Below, one piece after another: positions 47,001 through 57,582 of a DNA stretch of 64,000 nucleotides (position 1 is its first letter; every line of letters begins with the position of its first letter). Origin of the DNA: Nitrospirota bacterium (GTDB taxonomy: Bacteria; Nitrospirota; Thermodesulfovibrionia; Thermodesulfovibrionales; UBA1546). Below the pieces are notes generated by a model. The model saw only the letters and a list, made by a program, of their open reading frames with translations, made no database searches and was not told the origin of the DNA. Made by a program: the position numbers and the translations under genes. The stretch lies in the NCBI GenBank assembly GCA_016208915.1, contig JACQXE010000037.1, forward strand, positions 4,905 to 68,904, given 5' to 3'.

Positions 47001-47298
47001 ATGCCTCTATCTGGTCTAAATACTCCACCCCCCTATTTCCCCCCTTATCAAGGAGGGAATAAAAGGGGGGCGCTTTGGCTTCGATATAACCGATAATCTG
47101 CTGCTTTCCGTCCCATATTCTGAAATCAGGATTTCCCGCATCTGTCTTTTTGGGCAACGTGGTGACATAAACCTGTTTTTTATTAATGGAAACAGCGTAG
47201 TTTTTCAGGAGTTCTTCAAGAGAGGAATAGTAACTTTCCTCTCTCGCATCTCCCTGTGTTGCGACATCAAAGATTCGTTGAAAATATGTTTTCAACAT
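44014..47298 (-). CDS. single-polypeptide type IIG/IIL-like restriction-modification enzyme (N-terminal PD-ExK-like nuclease, N6-adenine MTase, C-terminal specificity region)
   Basis: 1094 aa. GNPDF...GYIEAK (D..ExK), motif I VLDPAAGTLTF, motif IV GNPPYSG, and C-terminal WEYQVGGYQVCNKWLKDRKGR. It carries three in-frame repeat-derived segments. Confidence 0.8.
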   Translation of the reverse strand: MLKTYFQRIFDVATQGDAREESYYSSLEELLKNYAVSINKKQVYVTTLPKKTDAGNPDFRIWDGKQQIIGYIEAKAPPFYSLLDKGGNRGVEYLDQIEASGQLKRYLNIFPNLLLTNFFEFRLYRSGVLIDKVLVGRPYHIHKLKSVPLVENEQKFLNLFEKFFSFSLPKVYDAKNLATELAKRTRFLKDEVISQELEEEEKKGKGNILGFYKVFKEHLISGLTKEDFADLYSQTITYGLFAARTITENGFNRKLAYDRIPKTIGILRDVFKFISLGELPQQMEWIIDDISEVLATTDVYNILDEYFSKHKGKDPVVHFYETFLAEYDPKTREKRGVYYTPEPVVSYIVRSLHHILKEHFDKKDGFASQSVTVLDPAAGTLTFLAEAAKLAVEEFTSKYGEGKRKGFIKEHILKNFYAFELMMAPYAIGHLKMSFLLEELGYKLQADDRFKLYLTNTLEMEELAQTELPGMVSLSEESHLAGKVKKEQPILIILGNPPYSGHSSNIGDWISKEIKTYFQVDGKPLGEKNPKWLQDDYVKFIRFAQWKIDQAGEGVLGFITNHSYLDNPTFRGMRQSLMQSFDEIYLLDLHGNSLKKEKCPDGSKDENVFDIQQGVAIALFIKKKGGTSVIPARRESFLKKDAGQAGMTTKERCKISHSELWGIREDKYDWLNKHDIKTTKWKTIKPKSEFYLFIPRDEGLLKQYETYPKITDIFPVNSVGIVTSRDNFVIDSDRNALKRRIMQFRDKRMPDEIIRQTYKLNDKSNWKLKNAREIIMKDEEWEQAITKILYRPFDEQWIFYHDAVIERSRKEVMQHMIKDNLSLCVGRAGQVVGLEKLWNIVFCSNHIEDFNLFYRGGNVNFPLYIYQERKEKSKKRSLTNIMMLFEPEAEYGIKKSNLSPLLLEKLSKAFKKASSPEEIFYYIYAVLYSNSYRTKYAEFLKIDFPRIPFTNDYKLFKKMTDYGERLVELHLLKASELDPPIARFQGKGDDKVEKLRYENPPIPPFAKGGEGGFGRIYINQTQYFEGISQEIWEYQVGGYQVCNKWLKDRKGRKLSVEEVEHYCRVVTALKKTIEIQEKIDSIYPDIEKEIIEFP
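44260..44305. repeat. GC-rich nested palindrome inside the RM gene (translated NPPIPPFAKGGEGGFG)
   Basis: aaatcccccctcgcccccctttgcaaaaggggggatggggggattt. Confidence 0.8.
45356..45414. repeat. GTCAT...ATGAC hairpin element inside the RM gene (translated SVIPARRESFLKKDAGQAGMT)
   Basis: gtcatgccggcttgtccggcatcc...attcccgacgagcgggaatgac. Confidence 0.8.
47025..47072. repeat. GC-rich C6/G6 hairpin repeat inside the RM gene (translated APPFYSLLDKGGNRGVEY)
   Basis: ctccacccccctatttccccccttatcaaggagggaataaaaggggggcg. Confidence 0.7.
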
Positions 47299-47379
47299 AA
47301 TGTGTGTCTGCCATTCAAAATATATGGCATCATTTTATATTTATCAGTGCAGGAGGGTCAACAAGAAGTTTGGGATTGA

Positions 47380-47406
47380 CTGGATTCCTGCTTTCGCAGG
47401 AATGAC
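47380..47406. repeat. half copy of the GTCAT...ATGAC hairpin element
   Basis: ctggattcctgctttcgcaggaatgac. Confidence 0.7.
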
Positions 47407-47411
47407 TACTT

Positions 47412-49578
47412 CTAATACCACATCATTGCCTCGAAGTCAGGCGTTGGGACAGGTATTCTTATATGTCCTCTCCATGGGCAGCGTTCTATTTCCTCTCCGT
47501 CTTTTGAGGCTGAGACAAACAGGTAAATTTCATCCTTTTCCTTTGCATTTATGTCTTTAAATGGGATTGCTATTTCCAGTATGTCTTGCATCGCAACCTC
47601 AGTGATGCTTTTTATCTTCCTCCATGTATCATCTGTTTTTTCGGATAGTTCAGCGCTGATATTACTGCCGTTAGATGTAATATTGATTCTGAAAAAAAAT
47701 GGGCTGATAATGTCTATCGAGAAAACAATTTCAGGCGGGAAATCATTGAATGGTATCTTGGGGTCTAACCTTAGAAAAAGGGTATTCTGATTGAAGCCAT
47801 AGCAGATATGTGATATGAGGCTTTCTGCTTTATGCATACTCCCGCCTGATTTTCCTACGGCAAGATGTGCGCCCTGATACCATTCATAATAACTTGTGAT
47901 AATACCGTCTATTTTTGGATTTATGAAACCCCTTATTATGATTTCGGGCAGGACAGATCTGTCCTCCCTTAGTACAGGAACAAACAGGTGAGGAGGAATC
48001 TCTTTGCCTATGGCTTTGTAGACTTTCATGAGGTTCAGCCTGAAGAGTTCATCAAATTCTTCCTGCGTTGCCGTTGAGTGTTCATCGCCATACCACCAGT
48101 TCCAGTCGCTTCCCTCTGCAGCAAAGATCGCCTTCCATGCCTTATCGAGGTTTCTATCAGGGTTGAGTTTCTGGAATGTCTCGAGGTCGTCTCTGGTGGT
48201 TGTGAGATAGTCCCATGACTGATTATCTTCTTCGTGTCCTATCCATATGCCGAAGTTTGCATTTATCCATGAGCCTGCATGAAGCCTGCCTAACGGTTTG
48301 CCCTGATCATAATTATTCAGATATTCTGACACGGTAACCGTCTTTAGCCGTTTCTCTTTGGATAGGCGCTCATAAAGAGAGCGGAAAAAGTCATGTCCGT
48401 CATTGGAGTAGTGTTCCCATGCGTTTTCACCATCAAGGATTATAGAGATGAGGTGGGGTTTATTGCTTGGCAGCGAAGCGCGTATATGTAACAGTCTGTT
48501 TATAAGATCGTCAGCTGCATTTTGGGGGTTCCATCCTGAATAAACAAATCCTATGAGATCAGAGAGCTTGTGGTCTCTGAATATGATTGAGACGTCAGAA
48601 AAGCTGTGAGGTCTGTATAAGATCGACGGTGCTATCACAGTGCCGGATGCATCCCGAAGAGCCGTATTAAGTGAGCGGGCAAGTATCTCTTCATCGGTTG
48701 CAACCCATTTTATGCCTTCTGCATGAACTGCCCTGAGTACGTCCTCGCTTACAGAGCCTTCTGATGGCCACATCCCCTCTGGACGTTGGCCAAATGTCCG
48801 GTCAAAATAATCTATTGCTTCCCGTATCTGTCTTGTCGCATCGCTGGGATAGGAAAATCTTTTTTTTGGAAGTCTGACAGCAGGCATCGCAATCCTTGAG
48901 GAGTCTGTGTCCCATAGCAACGGAAGTATAGGGTGATAAAACGGAGAGATGGATAATTCGATCTGGCCTGTTGAACTAAGTTCCTTGTATTTGGGGATTA
49001 TTCTCCTGAGGATTTCGAATTGTTTTTCAACTACAAGTTTTTTTTCTTCCTCTGTATAATCTTTTTCTTTGTTGACGAGTTCTCTGAGCAGCGAATCTTT
49101 TTCCCTGAACAGAGGGTCTATCCAACAGAGGTTGAACAATACCTGCAGGTCAAGAAAGTCATTAGAAGTGAAATATTTTATTGCCCTTGCCAATTCACCT
49201 TTTGAAAAAGTGAATCCCCGCTTAACCAGCAATTCGTAGTATCTGGGGAATGGTTTTATCATATTGTCCCAGTTTGCAAGGAAGAAGTTTTCGAGTATGA
49301 ACACCTTGTCCTTGTCCTGTAGTTCTGCGGCGCTTTTTCGTGTGAGGTCGAGATAGATATCAGTTGCATTGTTCTCTATGTAGTCATTAAGCTGGAGAAG
49401 CAGTGATGGCACAAGATTGAATGTCTGTTTTATCTCAGGAAATTTTTCAAGGCTCTCTACCATGTCCAAATAATCCTTTGTGCCGTGCAATCTTACCCAA
49501 GGCAGGCGGTAGATACCAGTGAAAGGGTCTTTGTAGTAAGGCTGATGCATGTGCCAGAGGAAGGCAATATAGAGAGGA

Positions 49579-49589
<11 letters not shown>
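47412..49589 (-). CDS. glycoside hydrolase family 57 protein (alpha-glucan-active enzyme)
   Basis: YIAFLWHMHQPYYKD... is the GH57 N-terminal signature. 725 aa. Confidence 0.85.
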
Positions 49590-51176
<1,587 letters not shown>

Positions 51177-51220
51177 TTATGCCTCCTTTGCCATGAATAT
51201 TGTGTATTACTTTTAGTAAA

Positions 51221-52609
51221 TTATGTTCCAACCAAGTATTGATTCATAATCTCATTTGTTTTTTGCGTATCTATATGTTTACCTGCAAGCTCGGCTCTGT
51301 TGCCTATGTTCCTTATGGTCACTTCAAGAAAAATCTTGAAATTATGCACCTTTTCGGCTAAAGCATGTGGAATACCTTCGGAAATCTGTTCCTTTTTGAA
51401 GTGAAAAACCTCATTGAAAAAATACACGAACTCCTCATAATCATCATGCCTTAGAAGTTTGAAGGTAAAGCTTTCGAAATACAGCATGAAATTTTTCAGC
51501 GACTCAAATACCCTGACCCTTTCCTCTGCTGTTCCTGTTTTTTCTTTGAAGACACCCAGGAATTCATGAAGAACGAATATATCTTCCCTGAGTTTTAATG
51601 ACTGCTCGAGTTTTGTAACAAAGCTTTGGAATATATCCTCGCCTTCCATGGCGGACTTATAAAACTGGGCAATATGGATGATGCTTTGCTCTACGAGATT
51701 CTTCAATATTCCATGACTGTTTTCTATTCTTCCCCGGAAATAGCGCGGCGCTTTTTTGTTCAGGATCTCTTTCAATTCCTGAAGATATACCCGCTTTGTT
51801 TCCATTGAGAATTGGTAAGAGAGCGATTGCAGAAGGTTTTTCATGTTGCGCTGCGATATCTTGTCCGTAACCTTTTCTATATAGTTCCTGAACATGGCAA
51901 TCTCTGAGCGGAGCAGCACGAGTAGAACCAGTGAGGTGTTGAGCGTCATGGTCTTCGGTTCTGTTGTATTTATGTGATTCAGATATCTGAGAATCCTGAA
52001 TAGATAAATGAGGATAATAGAGATGTGCTTTTTTGTGTCTTTGTCCTTTATACGCTTTACGATGTCAGAAATCTGCTGATTGTTTATTATGTCGAACTCA
52101 GGATTTATATCCTTTCTGAACGGGTTAAAGTAGTTGTTCTCTCTTATCTCCTTGCTAAGGATCTGCCCTATATTCAGATAACTCAGGTAGGTAATATTTC
52201 CCGTTTTAAGGAGGTCAGTTATCAAATTTTTGAAGTTAGTGAATGAGATGTAGAGGAGAAAGAGACCGTTTTCAGGAGTGTCCTGCTTATAAAGGTTTTT
52301 TCTGAATATGTCTCTTTTGTCATCAGTAAAAAATTTTGTCTCTGCGAATTTCTGAAACCAGTAGGTATTCTTATTGTTCTCAGGGATTATCATCTCGAGT
52401 ATGCTCAATATCCTGAGAATTACATCCCTTACTGCAGAGAGTTCAGAAAAAAAGTTGCTCTCAGTAAGGTCTTCCTTTGTTGAAGGAAGGTTTTCTATAT
52501 TGAAGAATCTGTCTATCGACTTGAGCAGGACATCGAGTTCAGAGAACAGCTGTTTCTGTGTCTTTTTTGCAACCGAAACCCAATCTGTTAATTCTTTTTT
52601 CTGAGCCAC
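51221..52609 (-). CDS. hypothetical protein (462 aa, predicted mostly helical)
   Basis: A long ORF with no competing frame. I recognise no motif. Confidence 0.5.
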   Translation of the reverse strand: MAQKKELTDWVSVAKKTQKQLFSELDVLLKSIDRFFNIENLPSTKEDLTESNFFSELSAVRDVILRILSILEMIIPENNKNTYWFQKFAETKFFTDDKRDIFRKNLYKQDTPENGLFLLYISFTNFKNLITDLLKTGNITYLSYLNIGQILSKEIRENNYFNPFRKDINPEFDIINNQQISDIVKRIKDKDTKKHISIILIYLFRILRYLNHINTTEPKTMTLNTSLVLLVLLRSEIAMFRNYIEKVTDKISQRNMKNLLQSLSYQFSMETKRVYLQELKEILNKKAPRYFRGRIENSHGILKNLVEQSIIHIAQFYKSAMEGEDIFQSFVTKLEQSLKLREDIFVLHEFLGVFKEKTGTAEERVRVFESLKNFMLYFESFTFKLLRHDDYEEFVYFFNEVFHFKKEQISEGIPHALAEKVHNFKIFLEVTIRNIGNRAELAGKHIDTQKTNEIMNQYLVGT

Positions 52610-52644
52610 TATCCACCAGTTTCTATATGTTTTATGACGCCTGT

Positions 52645-54030
52645 TTATTTCCTGGGCACATGAATTGCCTCGCCATGAACGTCTTCGGAGGCTTCCATAA
52701 TCCCCTCTGAAAGGGTAGGGTGCGCATGTATTGTCTCTGCAATATCTTTTACTGTTAAACCTGTTCTTATCGCAAGCGCACCTTCATGTATGAGGTCAGA
52801 AGCATGAGGGCCGATGATATGCATACCGAGAAGCTTATCGGTAGACGAATCTGCAATAACTTTTATGAACCCTGTTATCTCACCGGCAGCATGAGCCTTA
52901 CCGAGAGATCTGAACTGAAAATTACCCGTCTTTATCCTGAGTCCTTTCGCTTCAGCCTGATATTCTCTGAGACCGACAGATGCAATCTCAGGGGATGTAA
53001 ATATTGCAGCGGGAACAGTGGTATAATCCATTGTGTTATTCTTGCCTGTTATATTATTGGCAGCGACAATCCCTTGTTTTGATGCAACATGTGCAAGCAT
53101 CATCTTTCCCGTGACATCGCCTATGGCATAGATATCCTGCACATTCGTTTCCATCTTTTCATTTACTATTATTTCATTCCTTTTCCCTTTCTCAATGCCG
53201 ACATTTTCAAGACCGATACCGTCGCTGTTGAGTGCCCTTCCAATCGAGACGAGTATTTTCTCGGTTATTATTTCCTTGCCGTCAGAGAGAACGGCGTGTA
53301 CATTATCACCTTTTATTTCAACCTTTTCGACCCTTACATTCGTGTAGAGTTTTATTTTTTTCTTTTTTAGTTCCTTTTCAAGGAGCTCAGATATCTCTGT
53401 GTCCTCTGTGGCAACTGCCCTCGGAAGCATTTCGACCATAGTTACATCGCTGCCGAGTTCTTTATAGATGCAGGCAAATTCGCAGCCAATAACACCGGCG
53501 CCGATGATAAGAAGACTCTTTGGCAATTCTCTGAGATTGAGGGCGTCGTCACTGGACAGTATTTTTTTCCCGTCAAATATGAAGGAGGGTATCTGAGCCG
53601 GTCGCGAACCAGTTGCTATTATTATTTTGTCAGCCTGAATCTTTTCTGCTGAGCCGTCTTTCCCTTTTATCTCTATCTCTTTTGGAGATATGATGACGCC
53701 TCTGCCTTCTTTTAATGTTATCCCCCAGCTTTTAAAAAGCCCTCTGATTCCCTTTACCTGTATGCTTACTACCTTGTTTTTTCTTTCTATTATCTTGTTG
53801 AGATTTGGGGCGACACTGCCTTTCAGGTCTATTCCATATTCTTCAAGCCTTGTTGCCTTTGAATACGCCTCTGCTGATGCAACAAGCGCTTTGGTTGGAA
53901 TGCATCCCCAGTTGAGACAGGTTCCTCCGACTTCTTTGTCTTCTATAACAGTGACCTGTGCACCCTGCTGTGCAGCCTTTAACGCTGCAACATATCCTCC
54001 AGGTCCTGCCCCGATTATGGAAACTCTCAT
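52645..54030 (-). CDS. lpdA: dihydrolipoyl dehydrogenase
   Basis: GAGPGGYVAALKAAQ..GGTCLNWGCIPTK (redox-active CxxxxC), and HAHPTLSE. Confidence 0.92.
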   Translation of the reverse strand: MRVSIIGAGPGGYVAALKAAQQGAQVTVIEDKEVGGTCLNWGCIPTKALVASAEAYSKATRLEEYGIDLKGSVAPNLNKIIERKNKVVSIQVKGIRGLFKSWGITLKEGRGVIISPKEIEIKGKDGSAEKIQADKIIIATGSRPAQIPSFIFDGKKILSSDDALNLRELPKSLLIIGAGVIGCEFACIYKELGSDVTMVEMLPRAVATEDTEISELLEKELKKKKIKLYTNVRVEKVEIKGDNVHAVLSDGKEIITEKILVSIGRALNSDGIGLENVGIEKGKRNEIIVNEKMETNVQDIYAIGDVTGKMMLAHVASKQGIVAANNITGKNNTMDYTTVPAAIFTSPEIASVGLREYQAEAKGLRIKTGNFQFRSLGKAHAAGEITGFIKVIADSSTDKLLGMHIIGPHASDLIHEGALAIRTGLTVKDIAETIHAHPTLSEGIMEASEDVHGEAIHVPRK

Positions 54031-54413
54031 TTTGACTCCTCTTCCACGTACTTCTCATAATCGGATAAATCCATAAGATTATCAATCTCGGATGTATCAT
54101 CGAGTTCTATTATTGCTGCCCAGCCCTTTCCATACGGGTCTTCATTGATCGTCTCAGGCGTCTCAGAGAGATTTTCATTGACTTCTACAACTGTGCCGCT
54201 TACAGGACTGATGACAGAAGAAGTTGTTTTTGTGGATTCTATCTCAGCAAATTCGCTGTTCGCTTCCACAGCAATACCGACCTCAGGGAGATCTATGTAC
54301 ACAATATCTCCCAGTTGATCCTGAGCATAATTTGTTATACCGATAGTTGCTTTTTTGCCTGTTACCTTAACCCATGTGTGTTCTTTGTGGTATTTGAGTT
54401 CCTCTGGATTCAT
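54027..54413 (-). CDS. gcvH: glycine cleavage system protein H
   Basis: YHKEHTWVK...ESTKTTSSVISPVSGTVVEVN (lipoyl-Lys motif). Confidence 0.92.
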   Translation of the reverse strand: MNPEELKYHKEHTWVKVTGKKATIGITNYAQDQLGDIVYIDLPEVGIAVEANSEFAEIESTKTTSSVISPVSGTVVEVNENLSETPETINEDPYGKGWAAIIELDDTSEIDNLMDLSDYEKYVEEESK

Positions 54414-54471
54414 TTTTTCCTCCTTTTTTCTGTAAGTTTAATCTTTTTTAAATTTACAGGTGGTTGAATTT

Positions 54472-54499
54472 ATTATCACATGATTTTGATGTTTGTCAA
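54472..54499 (-). promoter_or_regulatory. sigma-70-type promoter for gcvH-lpdA
   Basis: The minus strand reads TTGACA (54499-54494), a 16-nt spacer, then TGtGATAAT (-10 at 54477-54472, extended TG). It lies about 55 nt upstream of the gcvH ATG. Confidence 0.45.
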
Positions 54500-54718
54500 G
54501 AAAGTAATTTGCATTACGCTATAATTTTTTCCTCAAACATAAAGGACTGTTACAGATTATCCATCACAGCCGCAAGTTTCAACTGGTTTTTGAAAGGGGT
54601 TTGGTATATGAAATTGACTTCCTTTCTCAGAAAACCATCAGCATCTTCACTGCAGGTTACACCTGCAAGTCAACAGAGTCGGCAAGATGGAAAAAGTGAT
54701 GATTTTTGAGTGAAATAT

Positions 54719-54806
54719 GAATAACACTGTCATCAGCCGCACGGGGCAACCAGCATGATACAAAAACAACCGGGCTTATCCCGTGTCGGCTGGATCTTGT
54801 TAAAAG
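54719..54806 (-). other. attC-like recombination site A (3' end of cassette 3)
   Basis: The minus strand reads CTTTTAAC-AAG-ATCCAGCCGACACGGG...CCCCGTGCGGCTGAT-GACAGT-GTTATTC. The arms pair with two unpaired bases (C, A) on the 5' arm. Confidence 0.7.
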
Positions 54807-55372
54807 TCACGTTTACTTCCGACAACTTCGACGGATACTCTATTCAAAAAATCACAATAAAATCTCAAGGCAAGTTCTGCTATTACTCTCGGCTCAGCTT
54901 TTCCTTTACGCTTTAGATGCTCAATATTTTTTCCCATATGACTGATAGGAGGATTATAAACCACGCCTCGATTCTTCACAGGCAATAATGGGCGATCCCA
55001 CTTTTGCCAGGTAAATTCAACTTTATCGCCTTTTTGCTCGGCCTCGAACTTTGGTTCCCAATCTTTGACCAAGTCTGAAATACTATGCTCATCAACATTC
55101 CGAGCTTGTTGCAAGTAGCTTAAAAGAGGGTCTTTCCTTCGCAACCTTACGACTTCTGCCTCGATTTTTTGCCAATTAGGCATATTATGGACGGCGGCTT
55201 GAGTTTTTATCCAGACCCTTTCAATTCGATGAAGAAACTCTGTCCATGCTTTTTCATACTCAATAAAATCACCGACGCCAATTGCTACCATTCTCCGATA
55301 CGCTTGATCAGCAAGAGAAAATTCCTTAGCAGCATATCTTAGTGCGTGATTCTGTAGCAATTCGAGCGTCAT
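54800..55372 (-). CDS. hypothetical protein (190 aa), cassette-borne
   Basis: The ORF is bounded by attC-like sites B and A. Its stop codon lies inside the inner R-box (C TTT TAA C). A GGAG motif lies upstream of the ATG. I recognise no family. Confidence 0.6.
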   Translation of the reverse strand: MTLELLQNHALRYAAKEFSLADQAYRRMVAIGVGDFIEYEKAWTEFLHRIERVWIKTQAAVHNMPNWQKIEAEVVRLRRKDPLLSYLQQARNVDEHSISDLVKDWEPKFEAEQKGDKVEFTWQKWDRPLLPVKNRGVVYNPPISHMGKNIEHLKRKGKAEPRVIAELALRFYCDFLNRVSVEVVGSKRDF

Positions 55373-55391
55373 ACTTATTTATCTCCAATGA

Positions 55392-55485
55392 CTTCTAACG
55401 GCTTAAATAACCCGCCGGGGCAACCAGCCTTTGCAAAAAAACCGCAGAGGCTATTCCCGGTCGGGCTGGATGCTTTTGTTACACC
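55392..55485 (-). other. attC-like recombination site B (3' end of cassette 2)
   Basis: The minus strand reads GGTGTAAC-AAAAGC-ATCCAGCCCGACCGGG...CCCCGGCGGGTTAT-TTAAGCC-GTTAGAAG. Confidence 0.7.
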
Positions 55486-56443
55486 GTTTTTTCTTTATTG
55501 TTTGTGCTGTATATTCGCTTTGGGGCTCATGCACTGCGGGGAAAGCGTCCATCCATGATAAATCTCTACCGATTACTAATTCTTCCATGGTTGCATGATG
55601 TGTGTTATTCATCGGTACTAGGCGCATTTCAAAACGATGGTTTCGGGCCATTTTTTTAACTTCTTCTGCATTATCATACGTCATTAAGAAATTGCCCTTC
55701 AATGTCTCACACAGAGCAAACAAGTGCTCATGATCAAGGTCATAATGTTTATATAAACGTTTGCCGGCTTTTTTTCCGCCAGCAGTATATGGAGGGTCTA
55801 TAAAGTAAATAGTATCATGTCTGTCAGCGAATTCCTGAATTACTTTCAAGCCATCATAACGACGGAAGTCGATTCTATCAGCAATGTTATTTAGATTTAG
55901 AATTCGTTTAGCTATAGTTGTAGGATACCAGCGGGAATGAATGCCTTTCCCATTCTCGCCGTATTTGAGAAACCCTGAACCTTCGGCAAGAATGCCACCA
56001 TGAAATGTTCGATTCTTAAGAATTGTCTGAAATGCCTTTTCTTTTTGTGTGTGCGGCAGTCTTTTGATTTCAGTTATGACTGCTTCTCTGGATAGTTGAA
56101 AAGTAAGGATGCGGTTCGCCAGCCATTCAGCGTCGCCATTGATTACGGATTTCCATACTGCTGCAATTTCGTCGTCAAGTTCAACCATAACTGCCTTTTG
56201 AACTAAATTTTCAAAAAGAGCGGTCAAGCTAATAATCCCGCCTCCCGCAAAAGGTTCAACAAGTATTCTTGGCTTTGGAAACATGGTAGTAGTCCAATGT
56301 CTGAATGTAGGTACAAACCATGTCTTGCCTCCGGGATAACGAAAAGGGCTCCGTTGAGGAACAGAAGCCACGTTCACCGGCTTAAGTCTTTCTATTATTT
56401 CGGGTAAGTCAGGGAATAGGAGAGATTGGCTGTGCGTAGTCAT
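55451..56443 (-). CDS. Dam-family (D12 class) N6-adenine DNA methyltransferase
   Basis: FRYPGGK..., motif IV FIDPPY. Start chosen at MTTHSQ (56443), 1 nt after the REase stop. The last 11 codons are encoded by attC-like site B. Confidence 0.85.
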   Translation of the reverse strand: MTTHSQSLLFPDLPEIIERLKPVNVASVPQRSPFRYPGGKTWFVPTFRHWTTTMFPKPRILVEPFAGGGIISLTALFENLVQKAVMVELDDEIAAVWKSVINGDAEWLANRILTFQLSREAVITEIKRLPHTQKEKAFQTILKNRTFHGGILAEGSGFLKYGENGKGIHSRWYPTTIAKRILNLNNIADRIDFRRYDGLKVIQEFADRHDTIYFIDPPYTAGGKKAGKRLYKHYDLDHEHLFALCETLKGNFLMTYDNAEEVKKMARNHRFEMRLVPMNNTHHATMEELVIGRDLSWMDAFPAVHEPQSEYTAQTIKKKRCNKSIQPDRE

Positions 56444-56444
56444 T

Positions 56445-57311
56445 TCAGAATGGTTTCCCAATGGTCTTATTAATCGGCGGAGTCTCAATCTGATCGTCGA
56501 GTTTTTCCTGAAGTAGCTTGATAAAATCTTCAACTTTCCCAGGTGATGCCGTAGTTATTGAAAGAAGAGCAGGCTCAAACTCGGTGAAGACTTCGTCCAC
56601 CTTCTTCAGTGAATATTTTCCCGCCTCATGCCCTTTTTCTTCAATCAGTTCCAAGTCGTAAATCAGCCATGCGATATCTGCTTTGGCCTTAGAGACTTTC
56701 TTTAGTTTTGGCAGAGTAGCAAAAAAACTCTTATTCAATGCAACGGCGATTTTCTTTTGCCAACTGTGCAGGATTCCACCCTTGAAAAGAAGCTGAGGCG
56801 CAAGTCTTTTGCGAGAAGATGACAGGTAATCAGGGCGCGGATAATTGGGCTCTTTAGTCCAATCCATTGATGCCCGGTCTTTTGGGTCCTTCATAAAGTA
56901 TGCAAATGGGTCACGCACATTCCCGGAAATATATACCGCCTGAACTTCCAGCGCACCGAAATCATAAATTTTTCCTTTGTCGTCGTAAGCAACAAGCACA
57001 ACATCAATATTTCCAGCAGACTTCCCTTGTGAGTCATTTAAACGAACTTCCGTCAATGAACTCCAGTTCGCGTCTTTTTGAAAAAAGAAGGAAGCGGCGT
57101 CATCAGTAATAAGCCAGTCTTCACGAAATCTAATAGGGCAGGTTATGACCGGATGATTTTCATGATAAATACTGCAAACGCCGAGAGGGTCTTTCGCCTT
57201 ATCTTTCGTGCAATTCGGTACTTTGTTGTTAAAAGGGCACAAGCGATGTGAGCGGTATCTATTAGCCTTTTCTGTATCGTCAGTTGTCAAATGGCCGAAT
57301 ACTTCCGCCAA
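56445..57311 (-). CDS. type II restriction endonuclease, NotI-like family (TTG start)
   Basis: N-terminal FGH..CPF...CTK...GVC...CPIRF Cys cluster, ALEVQAV, and an overall resemblance to NotI as I recall it. It lies adjacent to the methyltransferase. Confidence 0.6.
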   Translation of the reverse strand: MAEVFGHLTTDDTEKANRYRSHRLCPFNNKVPNCTKDKAKDPLGVCSIYHENHPVITCPIRFREDWLITDDAASFFFQKDANWSSLTEVRLNDSQGKSAGNIDVVLVAYDDKGKIYDFGALEVQAVYISGNVRDPFAYFMKDPKDRASMDWTKEPNYPRPDYLSSSRKRLAPQLLFKGGILHSWQKKIAVALNKSFFATLPKLKKVSKAKADIAWLIYDLELIEEKGHEAGKYSLKKVDEVFTEFEPALLSITTASPGKVEDFIKLLQEKLDDQIETPPINKTIGKPF

Positions 57312-57480
57312 TGGTTATCCTACGTTTGCCATAAATGCCTTTCTTTTAAAATCAAATATTTAATGCCTTGTCTTGTAAAGATTATAACGGAATCCAATAC
57401 GATTTTGCACCCCGCCTGGCGGATGGACATTCAGTGTAGTGTTTCAATGGTTTTCGGTTTTATGTCGTTATTTATATTGT

Positions 57481-57577
57481 GGTGTAACGCTGGGCATGAG
57501 CCGACCGGGCCACTCGCGCCTGAAATGAAAACTAAACCAGCTTTAATCCCGGTCGGGCTCGATGCCATTGTTATAAG
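57481..57577 (-). other. attC-like recombination site C (3' end of cassette 1)
   Basis: The minus strand reads CTTATAAC-AATGGC-ATCGAGCCCGACCGGG...CCCGGTCGGCTCAT-GCCCAGC-GTTACACC. The arms are perfect apart from two unpaired C residues. Confidence 0.75.
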
Positions 57578-57582
57578 TTTTT

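Noticed and set aside
54414-54718. I looked for a glycine riboswitch upstream of gcvH and a SAM riboswitch upstream of metK (29370..29493).
   Set aside because: I could not find the conserved cores by eye. The leaders are short and AT-rich. An Rfam scan would be needed to be certain.
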